Positions 16,334 through 18,498 of a stretch of DNA of 18,498 nt are shown here, piece by piece (the first letter of the stretch is position 1; every line of letters starts with the position of its first letter). Under the pieces are notes generated by a model. That model ran no database searches. It had not been told where the DNA came from and was given only the letters and a program-made list of their open reading frames with translations. A program made the translations under genes and the position numbers. The stretch is taken from positions 1 through 18,498 of the forward strand of contig DXJF01000146.1 in NCBI GenBank assembly GCA_019057375.1. The letters run 5' to 3'. The stretch comes from Candidatus Heimdallarchaeota archaeon (GTDB lineage Archaea > Asgardarchaeota > Heimdallarchaeia > Heimdallarchaeales > Heimdallarchaeaceae).

Positions 16334-16846
16334 ATGCGTTTTTTTATAATAACTGGTAGAAGACACATTGGTAAAACAACATTATTACTAGAAATAATTG
16401 AAGATCTAAAAGATTCTTTTACCATCGGCGGAGTCTTAACACTAGGTGATGAAAAGAAATCATTTGTTAATTTACAAAATGGAACAAAATGTGATTATTA
16501 TAATGAAAATGATTCTATCAAGGAACGAATAGGGAATTATGTAATATCTGAAGAAGCAATTAGGTTTGCAGAACAGGCTATCGCAACAGCTGTCAATTCG
16601 AAGATAATAATCATCGATGAGTTTGGAAGACTGGAGAGAGAGAAAAAAGGATTGTATAGTGCTATAAAGAAATTGATAGAGAACATTCGAGACAAAAAAA
16701 GAACACTCTTGATGATAGTTCAAATAGATGTAGTTGACCAAGCAAAAAACCTTCTCGATATGCAAACTGAAAAAACCTGGGTTCTTAAGAAAAAATCAAA
16801 CAAAGAAACAATAAAAGATTCAGTTAAAAAGTTGTTAAAAAGTTAA
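16334..16846 (+). CDS. THEP1/NTPase_1-type P-loop nucleoside triphosphatase
   Basis: Walker A TGRRHIGKTT, IGGVLT, RIGNYVI, Walker B IIIIDEFGRLE; 170 aa. Confidence 0.85.
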   Translation: MRFFIITGRRHIGKTTLLLEIIEDLKDSFTIGGVLTLGDEKKSFVNLQNGTKCDYYNENDSIKERIGNYVISEEAIRFAEQAIATAVNSKIIIIDEFGRLEREKKGLYSAIKKLIENIRDKKRTLLMIVQIDVVDQAKNLLDMQTEKTWVLKKKSNKETIKDSVKKLLKS

Positions 16847-16863
16847 GATTTTGAGGGAGGGAG

Positions 16864-16896
16864 GGTTGTGAGAAATAAAACAAATTACTCACAACC
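16864..16896. repeat. Perfect 9-bp inverted repeat GGTTGTGAG-N15-CTCACAACC downstream of the NTPase gene (hairpin or operator)
   Basis: Arms at 16864-16872 and 16888-16896 are exact reverse complements; preceded by GAGGGAGGGAGGG. Confidence 0.7.
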
Positions 16897-17041
16897 AAAA
16901 TATAAATCACACAGACTTATATAAATTGATTCATTGCTATAAAATGTTATTTTAATCCTTTAGAGATTTTTTGTATATAAGAAACTGTTTTGATAGGGTT
17001 AAAATTAAATATTAGATGATTAATTCGAATTAGAAGAGAAA

Positions 17042-18004
17042 ATGCGAACATCAGAAGAAATTTTTTCACATACTGAAGAACAGAAAGAAACCATAAATAA
17101 ATACCTAAAGCAGGGTAGAAGAGATGTTCCAACATTTCTAGATGAAGGAGCAGCAGATATTATCTATGTTCCAATTGATGATGGAGAATTAAGAGTATTC
17201 TATCATAAACCAGATAATATTACAACAAAGAGACCAGTAGTTTTTGTTCCTGGTTATGTTGCGGCCCCAATTTCATGGGTAGATTTTCATATTCCTCATC
17301 AAGGATTTGGGGAGTATTATTATCTAGAAACAAGGGAAAAGAGATCAAGTAGAATTAAGAAGACTCGAAAAACTTCTATGACAGTTAACCAAACTGCAAA
17401 AGATTTAGGTCAAGCAATTGAAAACTTAGGATTAAAAGACAAAGACTTTGTTTTGTACGGTTCAAGCTACGGTTCAACAGTTATTTTGGAAGGTTTGATT
17501 CACGGTTATTTCACAGCTCCCACTATAGTAATTCATGATCCAATGGTTAAATGGGTCCATGATAAATCGGGATATAATATTATGATGAAAGTAGTCCCCC
17601 AGTTCATTCTATCAGCTTTAAGAATGCCTTTAGCTCATTTTTTCCTAATGGGAATGAAAAATAAAGCAAACAAGGAAAGAATGTTAGATTTTTGTAGAGG
17701 TATACAACCATGGAAATTCAAACGATGTACGTTGCAAAACAATAAGCTAAATATTATTAACGACCTAAAGAAAATAAAGGAAGAAGTGTTTCTCACAACT
17801 GGTCCTCTTGATAGATATCATCACAGAATAGCATATTATAACTACACAAAAGAGATGCCACGGGGAAGACTAATTTTCATGGATGGCCCAGATACAGAAA
17901 GGCAACTAATAGCTGGAATAATAGGGACAGAATTTATGAAAATAACTAAAGATGATGGGATACCTGAATCTATAAAACAATTTGAAATAGATTTAGAAAG
18001 ATGA
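17042..18004 (+). CDS. Alpha/beta-hydrolase fold protein
   Basis: PVVFVPG strand, nucleophile elbow YGSSYGS (S142), candidate acid D257 in TTGPLDR. No His is found after the last strand. Confidence 0.8.
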   Translation: MRTSEEIFSHTEEQKETINKYLKQGRRDVPTFLDEGAADIIYVPIDDGELRVFYHKPDNITTKRPVVFVPGYVAAPISWVDFHIPHQGFGEYYYLETREKRSSRIKKTRKTSMTVNQTAKDLGQAIENLGLKDKDFVLYGSSYGSTVILEGLIHGYFTAPTIVIHDPMVKWVHDKSGYNIMMKVVPQFILSALRMPLAHFFLMGMKNKANKERMLDFCRGIQPWKFKRCTLQNNKLNIINDLKKIKEEVFLTTGPLDRYHHRIAYYNYTKEMPRGRLIFMDGPDTERQLIAGIIGTEFMKITKDDGIPESIKQFEIDLER

Positions 18005-18116
18005 TATGCTTGTGATCCTACATGATTGTTTGAAGATACTAATTTTGCAAGAATAAAAATTCAATATGTTTATCAATTCAAAAACTGATCTATTTTTAGA
18101 AGGATCAGTGTGATTT

Positions 18117-18434
18117 TTGAAAACTGAAAATAAGAAGAAAAAGAAAAAGATTGAAGGTAATTGTTATTTCTGTAATCAGGAGCTAAAGCAATTTGACAAA
18201 ACTGAAAAGATACGCTTAGGATGCTGCCATATTGTTGCTCACAAGAAAGAATTGTATAAATGGTTTTTAAAGAATCAACACTGTCCAAATTGTTTAAGTG
18301 TTCACAAACAAGAAAGAAATAGATTGTTAAACTGGGGAATGAATTTAGAAAATCCTGATAGAAAACATCAGAAAACCAGAACACTAGTAAAAAATAGTAA
18401 ACCAATTCGCTTTGAGAAAAAATTAAGGGAATAG
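18117..18434 (+). CDS. Small RING-H2-like zinc-finger protein with a variant sixth ligand (candidate E3-ligase-like protein)
   Basis: C16-x2-C19 ... C36-C37-H38-x3-H42-x2-E45-x3-W49-x6-C56-P-x-C59; N-terminal K6 tract; TTG start. Confidence 0.72.
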   Translation: MKTENKKKKKKIEGNCYFCNQELKQFDKTEKIRLGCCHIVAHKKELYKWFLKNQHCPNCLSVHKQERNRLLNWGMNLENPDRKHQKTRTLVKNSKPIRFEKKLRE

Positions 18435-18498
18435 GATGAATCAAAAATAAATAGTTATTAGAGAGTTATACTTTAAGAAAAAAAGAAAAAACTAAGGA

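Noticed and set aside
16853-16870. Possible G-quadruplex
   Set aside because: Only three GGG runs; a canonical intramolecular quadruplex needs four.
16472-17135. - strand ORFs 16472-16765 and 16947-17135
   Set aside because: Antisense to the NTPase and hydrolase; the hydrophobic look is the usual artefact of AT-rich antisense frames.
18073-18444. 123-aa - strand ORF
   Set aside because: Antisense to the RING-like ORF, whose Cys/His/Trp spacing is far more convincing.
1-18498. tRNA/rRNA genes, CRISPR arrays, transposases, integrases
   Set aside because: None recognised. Intergenic gaps are mostly under 200 bp, with no repeat-spacer periodicity or cloverleaf-like GC-rich segment.

Overview
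AT-rich (roughly 30% GC by eye), gene-dense prokaryotic window that reads as archaeal, most plausibly Asgard/Heimdallarchaeia-like. That assignment is inferred from TATA-like boxes about 24-32 nt before start codons, a membrane-anchored parallel beta-helix surface protein and a small RING-like protein. In order, the window holds: (1) the 3' end of a methyltransferase-like gene; (2) a minus-strand glycan block (GT-B glycosyltransferase, SDR reductase/epimerase, soluble CapD/PglF-type dehydratase, SAM methyltransferase); (3) three Cys-motif genes (AhpD-like, CpXC-TPR, VKOR); (4) a 753-aa beta-helix surface protein; (5) an alpha-glucan/glycogen locus in two convergent arms: a catalytically degenerate phosphohexomutase homologue, a 50-aa zinc ribbon missed by the ORF track and a GH57 branching enzyme on +, facing a GalT-like nucleotidyltransferase, a second GH57 and GlgA on -; (6) a stand-alone FakA-type DAK2 domain, a THEP1-type NTPase, an alpha/beta hydrolase lacking the canonical His, and a variant RING-H2 protein. 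The strongest candidate for an undescribed system is the glycogen locus: no GlgC or phosphorylase is in the window, but a GalT-like enzyme, a pseudo-mutase and a microprotein are. No RNA genes, mobile elements or CRISPR arrays were recognised. All family calls come from motif reading; no database search was run.
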